20,000 nt of DNA from an uncultured virus (IMG/VR IMGVR_UViG_3300047546_001556) (IMGVR_UViG_3300047546_001556), one strand, 5' to 3'; numbered from the stretch's first letter, positions 1 through 8,994 are shown. Notes: generated by a model not told the origin, from the sequence alone. Numbers and translations are program-made.

Positions 1-195
1 AGTAAAGAAAAGAATAAACTGATCAGTATCAAACCTAGTACAGAGATTGTTGATGTCTTGCTGAACAATCTGACGACCCCTTGCAAAGTTGCCAATGACA
101 ACAGTGAGTTCAGGCTCAAATTCAAGCTCTTCTTCAGCAGCGGAAGCGGCACGGTAGACAATCGGATCAGCATCAATCAGCAGCAGTGGTTGCAT
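1..195 (-). CDS. 5'-3' exonuclease, T7 gp6-like (N-terminal part; runs off the window)
   Basis: Hand translation from ATG at 195: MQPLLLIDADPIVYRAASAAEEELEFEPELTVVIGNF... The LLIDAD-x-IVYRA start is typical of gp6/5'-nucleases and the gene lies downstream of DNA polymerase. Not in the ORF track. Confidence 0.88.
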   Translation of the reverse strand, partial: MQPLLLIDADPIVYRAASAAEEELEFEPELTVVIGNFARGRQIVQQDINNLCTRFDTDQFILFFT

Positions 196-592
196 TAGTG
201 TAATCGAGAAGATAAAAGTAGGCGCGTTTAATCACGTCAGGGTCATCGTTGAACTTGCCAAACCCAAGGTTGCAACTATTGCAGATGTAACCTCGAAAGC
301 TTTCTGTTAGATGATTGTGATCAAGCACCCAGGCATCAGTATGGGAGAGGCAGACAGGGCATATACCTGGAGGCGGTGGTGGGTGGAGCTTGCGAAGTCT
401 GTTACGGACTTTGGCCAGCTCACTTCCACACGCCTTACAGGTATTCCGTCTTCCAGAACCAGGGACAGAGAACAAGTGGAACTCGTCTAACGTCCTGAGC
501 TCACCACACTTTCGACACCGCTTAGTGTGTATCTCCCCAGTTGAGTCCTGACTGAACCTCGCAGTCAAGGGGAGTTCTAAACTTAATTGCAT
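173..592 (-). CDS. Endonuclease VII-like (His-Me finger) nuclease, possibly a free-standing homing endonuclease
   Basis: CRKC...CKAC zinc module followed by CPVC...LDHNH...RGYICNSCNLGFGKFND, the EndoVII signature. Start uncertain; overlaps the polymerase 3' end. Confidence 0.85.
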   Translation of the reverse strand: MQLSLELPLTARFSQDSTGEIHTKRCRKCGELRTLDEFHLFSVPGSGRRNTCKACGSELAKVRNRLRKLHPPPPPGICPVCLSHTDAWVLDHNHLTESFRGYICNSCNLGFGKFNDDPDVIKRAYFYLLDYTNATTAAD

Positions 593-2288
593 ACTCTACG
601 TCTTTCATAGCAAGCGGTATAAGGGTCTTGACCATCTCTACGTGCTCAGGTGCAACGGAGAGCTGCATCTCGTCGTGGACGAAAGCAAGCGGTGTGTAAT
701 CGACACCGGCCTCTTTGAGCAGTTCATTAGTACGTACAACCCACATCTTGCAGATTGACGCTCCACATGACTGGAGGAGGTAGTTCAAAGAGGCATGTGA
801 CTTCTTGATCCGAATAGGTCTTCCATCGATGCCATAGATGACACCGGACTCAGCACGCTTTTGAACAGCGGTGACAAGATCACGGAATCCTTCGATACCG
901 TCTAGCAGTTTTGCTCTGAGCTCTTTACCTCTGGCAGAAGCTTCCTTCTTTGAAGCGCCGGCAGACAATCCAAGCTTAACATCGCCCCCTCCGTAGATCA
1001 TACAGTAGGTTATAACTTTCTGAGTTCTCCGATCTACTCCAGAAATGTCCGCCATTGCTTGGTGGATATCGCCTTCAACGACTGTCTTTCCGAAGGAGCC
1101 ACCGTCGTATCGTGCCAGATAATGAGCAAGGCAACGAAGTTCGAGGCCAGAAGCGTCAGCGCCAACTTGAATACGATCCTTGCCGGCATAAAACAACTCA
1201 CGGCATTCGTGACTACTCGGAACCTGGGCAAGATTTGGACGTAGGTGAACATTTCTTCCGGTGGCAGTGTTGAGAAGACAGCTGTGATGAATGCAGCCAT
1301 CCTTCTCCACCATTTGCAGCCAGCTGTTCTTGCCTTCAGACAAAAGTCCTAAGGCTTTCTGCAGCTCCAGAATCCGAGCAAACTGCTTGCTCTCTTCTGT
1401 ACCTATTGCAAGGAGAACATCTTCATCGATCTTGGGCTTGCCAGTATCGGTGAAGTCTGTGGGCTCCCATCCACGGTGCTTCTGGAAAGCCCAGGCGATG
1501 TGATCACGGCTGGTAGGACTGAATTCGGTAAGGCGCGTCATCGGAGCCCCGGTGACATACCCACGTGTGGCGTCATTACGTCGGGGAACAAACTCCTTGC
1601 CTGCCACAAATGTGAATGTGGCTCGCATCTGGTCTGAGAGCGTTTCGATTTCAGTCCGTAGCCGACTCTCTAAGGCGTGAGCCTTGTAGACATCGAATGG
1701 ATATCCAGCCTGCTCTTGCCAAGCCATGATCTCTGCACACTTGTGCTCAAGATCAATAGCCCGCTGATATTCCTCAAGCTTAGGCTCGAACATCTTGACG
1801 AGAGGATAGTTAGCCTCAACGTCTTGTGTGCAGTAATCCAGCATCTCTGGTGTGTAAACACTCCAGTCGCCGTGCAACTGCTTGCCGTACTCGCTCTTTA
1901 GGACACCAAGGCGGTAGCCCCAAGACTCTAGGGAGTGACGACCGTACAAGTTACCCGGCATGTTGGCCGGTTTAGCTCGTAAGTCTCGATCCAGCATGTC
2001 AGTAAAGAACATGCGAGACAGAATTAGAGTGTCATACAGCTTCCCGTTCCAGGGCTTGAAGAACGGATATATTTCCTGGATCGCTGGTACATCAAAACCT
2101 AAGATATTATGCCCCCATAATTCATCAGCTTCCATCAACAAGGTAAGGCCGTTCGTTACAGAACTGTTCCTGCCGCTGTCGTCGAACCTGTAAACCTCTT
2201 GGGTATCTAGGTCCTTGGCCACGACACAGTGAACCGTTGTGAGCTTGCGGAGAAGCCCATCGGTCTCAATATCAAAGACATATCTCAT
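522..2288 (-). CDS. DNA polymerase family A, T7 gp5-like
   Basis: ExoI FDIETDG, ExoII GHNILGFD, HSLESWGYRLG, motif A DASGLELRCLAHY, motif B KVITYCMIYGGG, motif C FVHDEMQ. Confidence 0.98.
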   Translation of the reverse strand: MRYVFDIETDGLLRKLTTVHCVVAKDLDTQEVYRFDDSGRNSSVTNGLTLLMEADELWGHNILGFDVPAIQEIYPFFKPWNGKLYDTLILSRMFFTDMLDRDLRAKPANMPGNLYGRHSLESWGYRLGVLKSEYGKQLHGDWSVYTPEMLDYCTQDVEANYPLVKMFEPKLEEYQRAIDLEHKCAEIMAWQEQAGYPFDVYKAHALESRLRTEIETLSDQMRATFTFVAGKEFVPRRNDATRGYVTGAPMTRLTEFSPTSRDHIAWAFQKHRGWEPTDFTDTGKPKIDEDVLLAIGTEESKQFARILELQKALGLLSEGKNSWLQMVEKDGCIHHSCLLNTATGRNVHLRPNLAQVPSSHECRELFYAGKDRIQVGADASGLELRCLAHYLARYDGGSFGKTVVEGDIHQAMADISGVDRRTQKVITYCMIYGGGDVKLGLSAGASKKEASARGKELRAKLLDGIEGFRDLVTAVQKRAESGVIYGIDGRPIRIKKSHASLNYLLQSCGASICKMWVVRTNELLKEAGVDYTPLAFVHDEMQLSVAPEHVEMVKTLIPLAMKDVEYAIKFRTPLDCEVQSGLNWGDTH

Positions 2289-2569
2289 CGGCCATTTGCT
2301 CGGTAGAAATCAATAACCTGCATAAGTGCTCGCAAGTGTTCTTCGTGCATCTTCCGCACCTGTGTCTCTCTCCTCAGGACATTGGCCTGGTGGTCGAGAA
2401 CGAGCAGGGTTGGAAACTCTGTAATCGAATAAGAGATACAAACAGCCTTGTGGTATTGCCTCTCCAGGACTGCTGTGTAGCAGCGGTAGTTCGTACCGTC
2501 TAAAGCACTCTCTAGGTTGTCCAGAGCCACCTGAGAGGGCAGGTGATCGTTCTCTGTGAATAGAACCAA
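2285..2569 (-). CDS. Thioredoxin-fold protein lacking CxxC (start uncertain; TTG at 2569 assumed)
   Basis: LVLFTENDHLPSQ occupies the usual LxF..xxCxPC position and YSITEFPTLLVLD matches the cis-Pro loop/strand of thioredoxins. Sits between primase/helicase and polymerase; stop overlaps the polymerase ATG. Confidence 0.6.
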   Translation of the reverse strand: MVLFTENDHLPSQVALDNLESALDGTNYRCYTAVLERQYHKAVCISYSITEFPTLLVLDHQANVLRRETQVRKMHEEHLRALMQVIDFYRANGR

Positions 2570-2579
2570 GTGATGCGGC

Positions 2580-4172
2580 TTAGAAGTCCGTGTAAGCGGC
2601 GGAACCGGCTCCTTCTCCTGCTCCTGACGGGCCGAGCATTTGGAGCAGCCTTCCGCGTTCCTTGTCGTACCGAAGCATTCCAGCTTCGCCCGTTGTCCCG
2701 TTGAAACGGTTTTTAAGAACCCGGAGAAGTGAGGTGTCATCTCCAGCCGCCATGTTCCGCTCAAGACAGACGACGAGGTCGCTGAGCTGCTGGATTCCTT
2801 GCGACCCCCGAAGATGTGAGAGAGAAATCTGGCCACCGTCTTCGTGACCTTTGTCATTGTGTAACCTCCTTAGGTGAGAGACGAGAATCAAACCAATACG
2901 TGTTTCTTCAACAAACGACCTGAGTTTTGTCATCGTTACATCGATCATCTGCCTCTCGTTATCTGTTGCATTACCGGACAACAGAATTGAAAGGTGATCG
3001 AGGATGACCCATTTGACATCCCTTGCTTTAACCATAAAGCGGATGTCGTTGAGGATTACATCTGGATCGACGCTACCGAAACCATCTCGAAGAAAGACCC
3101 TGCCAGAACCAACGCTCTTGTTGAAAGCTTCTTCAAAGAGCTGGTCGTCGATTTGATTGTCTAGATGTAGCGGCTTGTTGGCCACAACAGACATCAGTCG
3201 GAGACCGGTCCTTTGGATAGATTCCTCAAGGGCGATGTAGCCAACATTGAACCCCTGATCGACGAGGTGTTGGGCCGTTTCTCCACAGAGGAGGCTTTTC
3301 CCGACGCCTGATCCAGCGGTAATCGTGCAGAGCTCCCCCAGTCGCAGACCACCAGTAACGGAATTAAGACCGTCGAAAGGCCAATCAGCGTCCCTACCAA
3401 CCATTGGCCGGCGGAGTAGATCAAGTAGATTTCGTCCATCAATAATCGTCTTGGGCGAATAGGGAGCGGCATTCCAAATGGCCTGCCTGATTGCTTCCCC
3501 ATCGCGTGCCTGTAAAGCCTCTGAGGCGTCCTTGTAGGCCCCCATAGAGGCGATCTTCACCTTGTCAGGGGGGAAGAGCTGGGCACACTTAACGGCTGCC
3601 TCCTGGCCCGGAGAATCGTTATCAAAGAGAATTATGATTTCCTCGAAGCTAAGGCAAAAGGAGAGCTGATTCTGGAGATCTTTATAGGCACCAGCAGCAC
3701 CGCTATAGATCGAGACAACTGGCCACTTTGGCTGGGCCTCCCAGACGCTCAGGGCGTCCATTTCGCCCTCGACAATGACAAGGCGCTTACCACCTCCGAA
3801 GAGGTGCTGTCCGAACAACCGTTTCTCGACATTCTTGCCGATCCACCTGAAGTTCTTCTCCTTGTCTCTCTCCTTAGCCCCTACGACCCTGCCTGATTGA
3901 TCTGTGTAGGGGAACCGGATCACTGGACCCGCGTCCACCCTGACATTGAACTTGCGGCACGTCTGCTCGGTAATGCGCCTGGAGCGAATCTCGGCAAAGT
4001 CGCCGTGATAGTGAAAAGTCCCTACTGATTTGGTAGGGACATCCTCAGTTCCAGGCACATAGTGCTGACAGGAGTAGCAATAGGTGTGGCCATCTGAATA
4101 CAGACTGTTGGCATCACTACTCCCACAGTTCGGGCAGGGCTCGTGTCGAATGAACTCCGAGTCCTCACTCAT
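2580..4172 (-). CDS. Primase/helicase, T7 gp4-like
   Basis: N-terminal CPNC...CYSC zinc ribbon, TOPRIM EGEMDAL and FDND, Walker A AGSGVGKS, ILDHLS, LRGS, KNRF and C-terminal TDF. ATG at 4172 preferred. Confidence 0.98.
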   Translation of the reverse strand: MSEDSEFIRHEPCPNCGSSDANSLYSDGHTYCYSCQHYVPGTEDVPTKSVGTFHYHGDFAEIRSRRITEQTCRKFNVRVDAGPVIRFPYTDQSGRVVGAKERDKEKNFRWIGKNVEKRLFGQHLFGGGKRLVIVEGEMDALSVWEAQPKWPVVSIYSGAAGAYKDLQNQLSFCLSFEEIIILFDNDSPGQEAAVKCAQLFPPDKVKIASMGAYKDASEALQARDGEAIRQAIWNAAPYSPKTIIDGRNLLDLLRRPMVGRDADWPFDGLNSVTGGLRLGELCTITAGSGVGKSLLCGETAQHLVDQGFNVGYIALEESIQRTGLRLMSVVANKPLHLDNQIDDQLFEEAFNKSVGSGRVFLRDGFGSVDPDVILNDIRFMVKARDVKWVILDHLSILLSGNATDNERQMIDVTMTKLRSFVEETRIGLILVSHLRRLHNDKGHEDGGQISLSHLRGSQGIQQLSDLVVCLERNMAAGDDTSLLRVLKNRFNGTTGEAGMLRYDKERGRLLQMLGPSGAGEGAGSAAYTDF

Positions 4173-4308
4173 AGTCAAACACTAAAGTTTCAAAGCGGTC
4201 AAGTTCGTTCTCAAAGCCCTCGATGATGTCTTGAGGGCTAGAGCCTTCTTCGAGCAGAGACAGTATCAGCCTCTTCACTACACCCTGGATGTGCGCGATA
4301 TCACTCAT
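4165..4308 (-). CDS. 47-aa acidic hypothetical protein
   Basis: Hand translation MSDIAHIQGVVKRLILSLLEEGSSPQDIIEGFENELDRFETLVFDYE; ATGA overlap with the upstream ORF and overlap with the primase start. Confidence 0.75.
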   Translation of the reverse strand: MSDIAHIQGVVKRLILSLLEEGSSPQDIIEGFENELDRFETLVFDYE

Positions 4309-4448
4309 GAGAGGAAATCCTGAGCGACATCTACATACTCATCGAGAGCGCCAACAACATCAGCAAACTCAAAGCCAGCGTCTTCAAGACTCGATACAAA
4401 GGCATCGATCTTGTCGAAGAGGTGTGAGACTTCAACAGAAGGGGTCAT
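4305..4448 (-). CDS. 47-aa acidic hypothetical protein
   Basis: Hand translation MTPSVEVSHLFDKIDAFVSSLEDAGFEFADVVGALDEYVDVAQDFLS; ATGA overlap with the endonuclease I stop. Confidence 0.75.
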   Translation of the reverse strand: MTPSVEVSHLFDKIDAFVSSLEDAGFEFADVVGALDEYVDVAQDFLS

Positions 4449-4795
4449 TCAAACCATTGCGGTGGAACATTTGGCCATACACACGCAGGAAAGCCGTGCT
4501 TCTCAGCCCAGCTCAGGTACGTGTGCTTTGAACCCTTGGCCAACGGGTTGTTTCGTTGAAATACGAAGCGAATATCGAGATCGGGATTGCACTTCTTCAC
4601 AGCAATCATCTTGCGGCGGTCAGCAGGCTTGAGGAAGCCCTTCGCCTCAATGATGACGTTATTCGGAAGATGGAAATCCGGGGTATAAGAACAGTCTAGC
4701 TGGTAATTTAGTTTGGAGGACTCATACTTAAAGTCGAGCCCTACCGATGTAAACGCTTTGGCTATCTGCTCCTCGAATTTGGAGCGAAAAGCCAT
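4445..4795 (-). CDS. Endonuclease I / Holliday junction resolvase, T7 gp3-like
   Basis: FRSKFE, YTPDF, IIEAKG, DIRFVF and WAEKHGF motifs; follows SSB. Confidence 0.96.
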   Translation of the reverse strand: MAFRSKFEEQIAKAFTSVGLDFKYESSKLNYQLDCSYTPDFHLPNNVIIEAKGFLKPADRRKMIAVKKCNPDLDIRFVFQRNNPLAKGSKHTYLSWAEKHGFPACVWPNVPPQWFE

Positions 4796-5364
4796 CAGAA
4801 GTCGTAAGTGTCTTCGTCAACAGCTTCAGCCTCCGCTTTGCGAGGAGCAGGGGAGGATTGCTTGAAGCCTGCACTCTTCTGGAACAGAGAAATAATCTCG
4901 TCTTCAGAGAGCTCACCTGAATCAGCAACCGCACCGCTGTTGAGCTCCAGCACCTGGACACCGAGGAGCTGAAACTTGGTGCCAACCTTATTGCCGTAGG
5001 GGTAGCCCGTCTGATTGACAATGACGCGGGCCTTAGTCCCTTTACGGATTGAGGCTCTCACCTCATCAGACAAGACGGAACCCTCAGCGTCAATGAACAC
5101 CGGCTTGGGTTTGTTGTCCGTCTCACCACCGTAGGTGTACTTAACAAGACCTTCTTCGTCCCATTTCTGGATGGCGACTTCACAGCGCTTGGGGTTAGCC
5201 AGCTTGGTCTTAGCCCAGGCCAGGCCTTCCTCCCGATCAGCTTCCATCTCCCCCAGCACATCGCTGGGGATACGGAACGACAAGGTGCAGTTGTTGTACT
5301 TGCCGGACGGCTGCCCGACGTTAATGAAGCCTTCGAGCGTGGTCTCAAACGTGAATCGAGCCAT
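4795..5364 (-). CDS. Single-stranded DNA-binding protein, T7 gp2.5-like
   Basis: Between RNAP and endonuclease I; LLGVQVLEL strand; acidic C-terminal tail ending in Phe (DEDTYDF). Confidence 0.9.
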   Translation of the reverse strand: MARFTFETTLEGFINVGQPSGKYNNCTLSFRIPSDVLGEMEADREEGLAWAKTKLANPKRCEVAIQKWDEEGLVKYTYGGETDNKPKPVFIDAEGSVLSDEVRASIRKGTKARVIVNQTGYPYGNKVGTKFQLLGVQVLELNSGAVADSGELSEDEIISLFQKSAGFKQSSPAPRKAEAEAVDEDTYDF

Positions 5365-5389
5365 AGGTTACAGGTGTGTAAGTGAAAGG

Positions 5390-7741
5390 TCAGCAGAAGA
5401 AATAGGTGGACTGGTTGACCTGATCGATGTCCAGGTCGCCTTTGATCAGGCCATCAGGAACAATTGCTCCGACCTGTTTGGCCCAGTCCTGAAGCACGTC
5501 GCCCTTGTACATCTCCGCAAAATGCAGGCGAAGCTGGCGTCCCATCTCGTCCATATCGCAGGATCGACCCATTGCACAGTCATGGATGACCGTGAAGGGT
5601 TTATCCCATTCAGAGAAGACGAAATGTAAGAGGCTGGCATCGGCGCTATGCACCAGATTTGGAGCTGTGCAGGCTTTGTGCTTATCAACGTCCACAGGGC
5701 CAGGACCCTTGTAGACCGAGGAACGCAGGGTTCCAACACCCATGAGCTGAGTCTTTACTCGCTCAGTGGTGGGTTTGTTGGCCATCTGGCGCACGACAAA
5801 TCCAGAAGGTGTTGTCCATTGGATATATTCAGCGCCCTCGCGGATGATGCGAGCAGCACTCTCTTGAATCCAATTCATCACCCGTACAGGGCCACCAAAG
5901 ACTTCAGGCATAGCCTTGTCGTAGATGGCCTTGGTGATTGTGGACACATCGCCGTCCTCTAAGGGACAGCCCGCTTCCTTCAAGGCTCCCAGGATGTAGC
6001 CACGAGCGCTATGCCTTGTGACCCCATAGGGCGTACACATGACGGTTCGCTTGGTCACTTTCCTGGTCATCCAGTCGTGATACTTAGCGTCCAGATGCTT
6101 CTTGGCCTGTTCAGCCACGGTCTTATAACCGTCAGCTGGAACATCCGTAGGCAGGACATTCACCAGAGCAGCAGCCGTTGCATCTTCTGTCATTGCGGAC
6201 AAATGCTGGAGGCCACTGCAGGTGGCGTCCACGCCCACGGGGTAGCCACTGGTTGCACGAGTGCAAGCGATACAGCAATCGAAATACTCGAAGCAGCTAG
6301 CAAGGAAGCACCAGGGCTCTTCAGCCTGACGCCACTCTGCAATCGTGTCCAGAGGGTTTTGTGCAATACGGGAGATCAGCTCCGTATTTGCACGAGTCCA
6401 AGCGACCCGATCAGCCATCGTCGCTTTGTCGTGCCCGAAGCACGTGGCGACAGAGAAGGCAAGCCAATATTCATTGACTGGACCTTCATCCACAAAATAG
6501 AACAGACTTTTATGGAAGTCTGACCCTTGTGGTGTGAGGCTGGTCACAAGCGGGTAGAGACGGCCGCGATAGTCGGCACTCCAGGGAATCCAGAAGGCCT
6601 CTTCATTGACATACTTCCGAGCGACATACATCGTCTCAGTCGTCAGCCAATTGTCTCGCTCAAGCTGAGCATTGACATCCTCCAGAACGCGGCGAGCCCG
6701 TTTGTACTCCTTGATCACCTCTTCACTTGCGCCCTCAACGGGCCTGGTGGGTGGTTCGTGGCGCTCTTCACGCTTGAACTTGCCAACCGAGATGAAGTTC
6801 TCAAAGCAGTGCTCCGCCACATCAAACACCTGTCGGTTGATCCGATAGGCCTGACGCTGCAGGTTGTTCAGCATCTGAATGAACAGGTCTCCCTGCTCTA
6901 ATGGTTCCCCTGCCAGATGAGCCCGCACCATTGGGTAACCGCGCTCTTCAGCCGTTAAGTAACCACCAGGAGACTCGTTAGACCAGTCCCGAGGTGGACA
7001 AACCATCGGCCAGAGACAACAGGCGATCTCGCCGGCCCGCTGCATTATTTGATCCTTCAGCTTGAGAAACTCATCGCTGTAACGGATCAGCAGCACCCGG
7101 CTGCGATAGCCGGTCCCGGTGAGCTCGGTCTCAATCCAGCCAGCCCCTCGCTGAAGGCAATCCAGCAGGTAGCCGCCGATCTGGGTGTTGATCCTGGAGC
7201 TCCAGGTCTTCCACTCAATACCCTCACGGTTGAACTGCAGCTTGTAGACCGTGGCCTTTTGCTGCGTGCCCGTAGAGGCGTGGAAGCGTTTGGTGATCTT
7301 CTTAAAGAGCTCTGGGTCCTGCTCCTGATACCAGTTCAGCCGCAGCTCGGTTTGAACGGCCTTGCCCACGGCCGAGGCGACATTGAGATAGGTGAGCGGC
7401 TTGGCTCGCTCGTGACCTTTGCCGGCCCCAAGCGTGTCCAGACACACCTTCATCGTCAGCAAGGCCAAGACCTTGGGGTCAGCCTGTGCGAGGCGTTCAG
7501 CAATCAAGCGATGCTCCGGGCCCGGTTGACCGTTGGAGATGCGTCCGAGGCGCTCGCTGACTACAGCGGCCACAGCGGCCAGATGGCCATTCAGCAGTTG
7601 CTTGCCATAGACCGTGGCTGAGGCGTACTTACGTTGTTCGGCCTCCAGGGTGCGGCTGTCAAGTCGGGTCTCCGCTTCCTGCTTCTGAGCAGTCTCACGG
7701 GCCAGCTGACGTGCGATGCGATCAACTGTGTCCAATTGCAT
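5390..7741 (-). CDS. Single-subunit phage RNA polymerase
   Basis: PMVCPPRDW, DYRGRLY, DATCSGLQH, RKVTKRTVMCTPYG, PNLVHSADA, IHDC and C-terminal YFFC. The compact 783-aa size is like cyanopodovirus RNAPs. Confidence 0.99.
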   Translation of the reverse strand: MQLDTVDRIARQLARETAQKQEAETRLDSRTLEAEQRKYASATVYGKQLLNGHLAAVAAVVSERLGRISNGQPGPEHRLIAERLAQADPKVLALLTMKVCLDTLGAGKGHERAKPLTYLNVASAVGKAVQTELRLNWYQEQDPELFKKITKRFHASTGTQQKATVYKLQFNREGIEWKTWSSRINTQIGGYLLDCLQRGAGWIETELTGTGYRSRVLLIRYSDEFLKLKDQIMQRAGEIACCLWPMVCPPRDWSNESPGGYLTAEERGYPMVRAHLAGEPLEQGDLFIQMLNNLQRQAYRINRQVFDVAEHCFENFISVGKFKREERHEPPTRPVEGASEEVIKEYKRARRVLEDVNAQLERDNWLTTETMYVARKYVNEEAFWIPWSADYRGRLYPLVTSLTPQGSDFHKSLFYFVDEGPVNEYWLAFSVATCFGHDKATMADRVAWTRANTELISRIAQNPLDTIAEWRQAEEPWCFLASCFEYFDCCIACTRATSGYPVGVDATCSGLQHLSAMTEDATAAALVNVLPTDVPADGYKTVAEQAKKHLDAKYHDWMTRKVTKRTVMCTPYGVTRHSARGYILGALKEAGCPLEDGDVSTITKAIYDKAMPEVFGGPVRVMNWIQESAARIIREGAEYIQWTTPSGFVVRQMANKPTTERVKTQLMGVGTLRSSVYKGPGPVDVDKHKACTAPNLVHSADASLLHFVFSEWDKPFTVIHDCAMGRSCDMDEMGRQLRLHFAEMYKGDVLQDWAKQVGAIVPDGLIKGDLDIDQVNQSTYFFC

Positions 7742-7750
7742 GTGTGTAAA

Positions 7751-7903
7751 TCAGAGATCAAAGACAAGAAAGTGCCGGAGGATCCGGTGGTACTCGTCGC
7801 TGAACTCGTCGTCGTCGAAGAGTGCGATGTCCCCGTAGGCCAGCAGTCGGCAGTAGGCCTCAGGGCTCAAAGACTCGATCTGTTCTTGGGTCAGATACGT
7901 CAT
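7751..7903 (-). CDS. 50-aa acidic hypothetical protein upstream of RNAP
   Basis: Hand translation MTYLTQEQIESLSPEAYCRLLAYGDIALFDDDEFSDEYHRILRHFLVFDL; fills the gap and stops 9 nt before the RNAP ATG. Confidence 0.75.
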   Translation of the reverse strand: MTYLTQEQIESLSPEAYCRLLAYGDIALFDDDEFSDEYHRILRHFLVFDL

Positions 7904-7946
7904 TAGAACCAGCGTTTAGTCGGTTACATGGGTGGAATTGAGCGAG

Positions 7947-7977
7947 CAAAAGGAAAGCCGGGCGTTTTACCCGGCTA
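7947..7977 (-). terminator. Rho-independent terminator downstream of int/attP
   Basis: Minus strand AGCCGGG-TAAAACG-CCCGGCT followed by TTCCTTTT. Confidence 0.7.
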
Positions 7978-8007
7978 TTTCCACTAATGCAATGTCGACG
8001 GCTTGGA

Positions 8008-8046
8008 ACCTGAAACTAGCGCGTCTACCAATTCCGCCACATCCGC
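8008..8046 (-). other. Putative attP core: 5' half of a tRNA-Leu(CAG)
   Basis: Minus strand GCGGATGTGGCGGAATTGGTAGACGCGCTAGTTTCAGGT is a tRNA acceptor 5' strand, D-arm and anticodon loop (CAG). The 3' half is absent. Lies 85 nt downstream of the integrase stop. Confidence 0.85.
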
Positions 8047-8130
8047 GTGGGGATCTCAGGGATTGACCTGATGATGGTGAACGTAGCAGATGGCCGGAAA
8101 CAGGCCGTTTTCGGGCTCCATTAGTCGCGC

Positions 8131-8994
8131 CTAGATGCCCGCAATCGCGGTTCTAAGCGCTGCGTCAGTGGCCTTCACGTAGCGGAGGGAGGTCTCCACT
8201 TGGCGGTGTCCCATCAGGGCCATGATCTGGCGAGGGTGTGCCACTTCCCCCACCCAGGTGCCGAAGCTGTGCCGCAAGGAATGCCACACATGGTCATCGG
8301 TGATGCCGCAGTAATCCCGCACCTTCTTGAAGAGGCGGTATAACTCATCCTTATTGCTCCAGTCGCAACCGAACACTAAGGCTGATGGCATTGCTTGCTC
8401 GCAGCGCTTTTGAAGCACCGGAGCCACCTTTTCGTGGATGGGCACGGCCCGCACATTTTTACCTTTCGTAATACGACCGGGCTTGCCGCCGAACCAAACA
8501 TTGCCGGTGCCCCAGTCCACATCCTCCACGCGCAGCTTGAGCAGCTCCGCTTGGCGTGCGCCTGTGTACGCTGCAAACAGGAGTGCATCGGCTAGGTCTG
8601 CTCGATCGAATACGTCGACAGCCGCGAACGCCAAGGCATCCACCTGCTCCTTTGTGAACCAGGTGAGCCGGTGCTCTCCCTCCTTTAAGCGATCAAAGCT
8701 GGGCACCGTCACGGTGGTGAGCTGGGCCTTATGACACATCCGCAGCACGGTGGTGCCGGCGGAGATGACGCGGTTGACCGTGCTGGTGGACCACTCAGGG
8801 TGGTCATCCTGCAGGGCGGTGATCAGTTCCATCCACCAGACGGGCTTGCCCATTCGGGTGAGCGGTAGGGAGCGGCCGCAGTAGGCGGTCACATGACCAG
8901 CGTTGATCTGGTTGGTGCGGGCGCTGTTGAGACGCCGCCAGTGGTTCTTCCAGACCCAGTCCAGGGCCTGGCCCCAGGTCTTGACTTGTTCCAT
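8131..8994 (-). CDS. int: Tyrosine recombinase / integrase
   Basis: YTGARQAEL (R), TKGK (K), HSLRH (HxxR), MGH and RY catalytic residues all present. Confidence 0.96.
   Translation of the reverse strand: MEQVKTWGQALDWVWKNHWRRLNSARTNQINAGHVTAYCGRSLPLTRMGKPVWWMELITALQDDHPEWSTSTVNRVISAGTTVLRMCHKAQLTTVTVPSFDRLKEGEHRLTWFTKEQVDALAFAAVDVFDRADLADALLFAAYTGARQAELLKLRVEDVDWGTGNVWFGGKPGRITKGKNVRAVPIHEKVAPVLQKRCEQAMPSALVFGCDWSNKDELYRLFKKVRDYCGITDDHVWHSLRHSFGTWVGEVAHPRQIMALMGHRQVETSLRYVKATDAALRTAIAGI

Noticed and set aside
2570..2857. N-terminal 95 aa of the 190-aa ORF 2285-2857
   Set aside because: Lies in an alternative frame of the conserved helicase C-terminus; only the downstream part looks like a folded domain.
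5365..5389. Phage RNAP promoter consensus (TTACAC-containing leaders at about 5375, 7745 and 11263; ATACATTCACCTTAA near 14012-14026)
   Set aside because: Matches are too short and variable to define a promoter; they may simply be A/C-rich non-SD translation leaders.
5135..7906. Long plus-strand ORFs opposite RNAP and SSB (and similar ones opposite terL, polymerase and int)
   Set aside because: Antisense shadows of well-supported minus-strand genes with no recognisable motifs.
8008..8046. Complete tRNA-Leu gene
   Set aside because: Sequence after the anticodon loop cannot form the anticodon stem, T-arm or acceptor 3' strand; it is a fragment, treated as attP.
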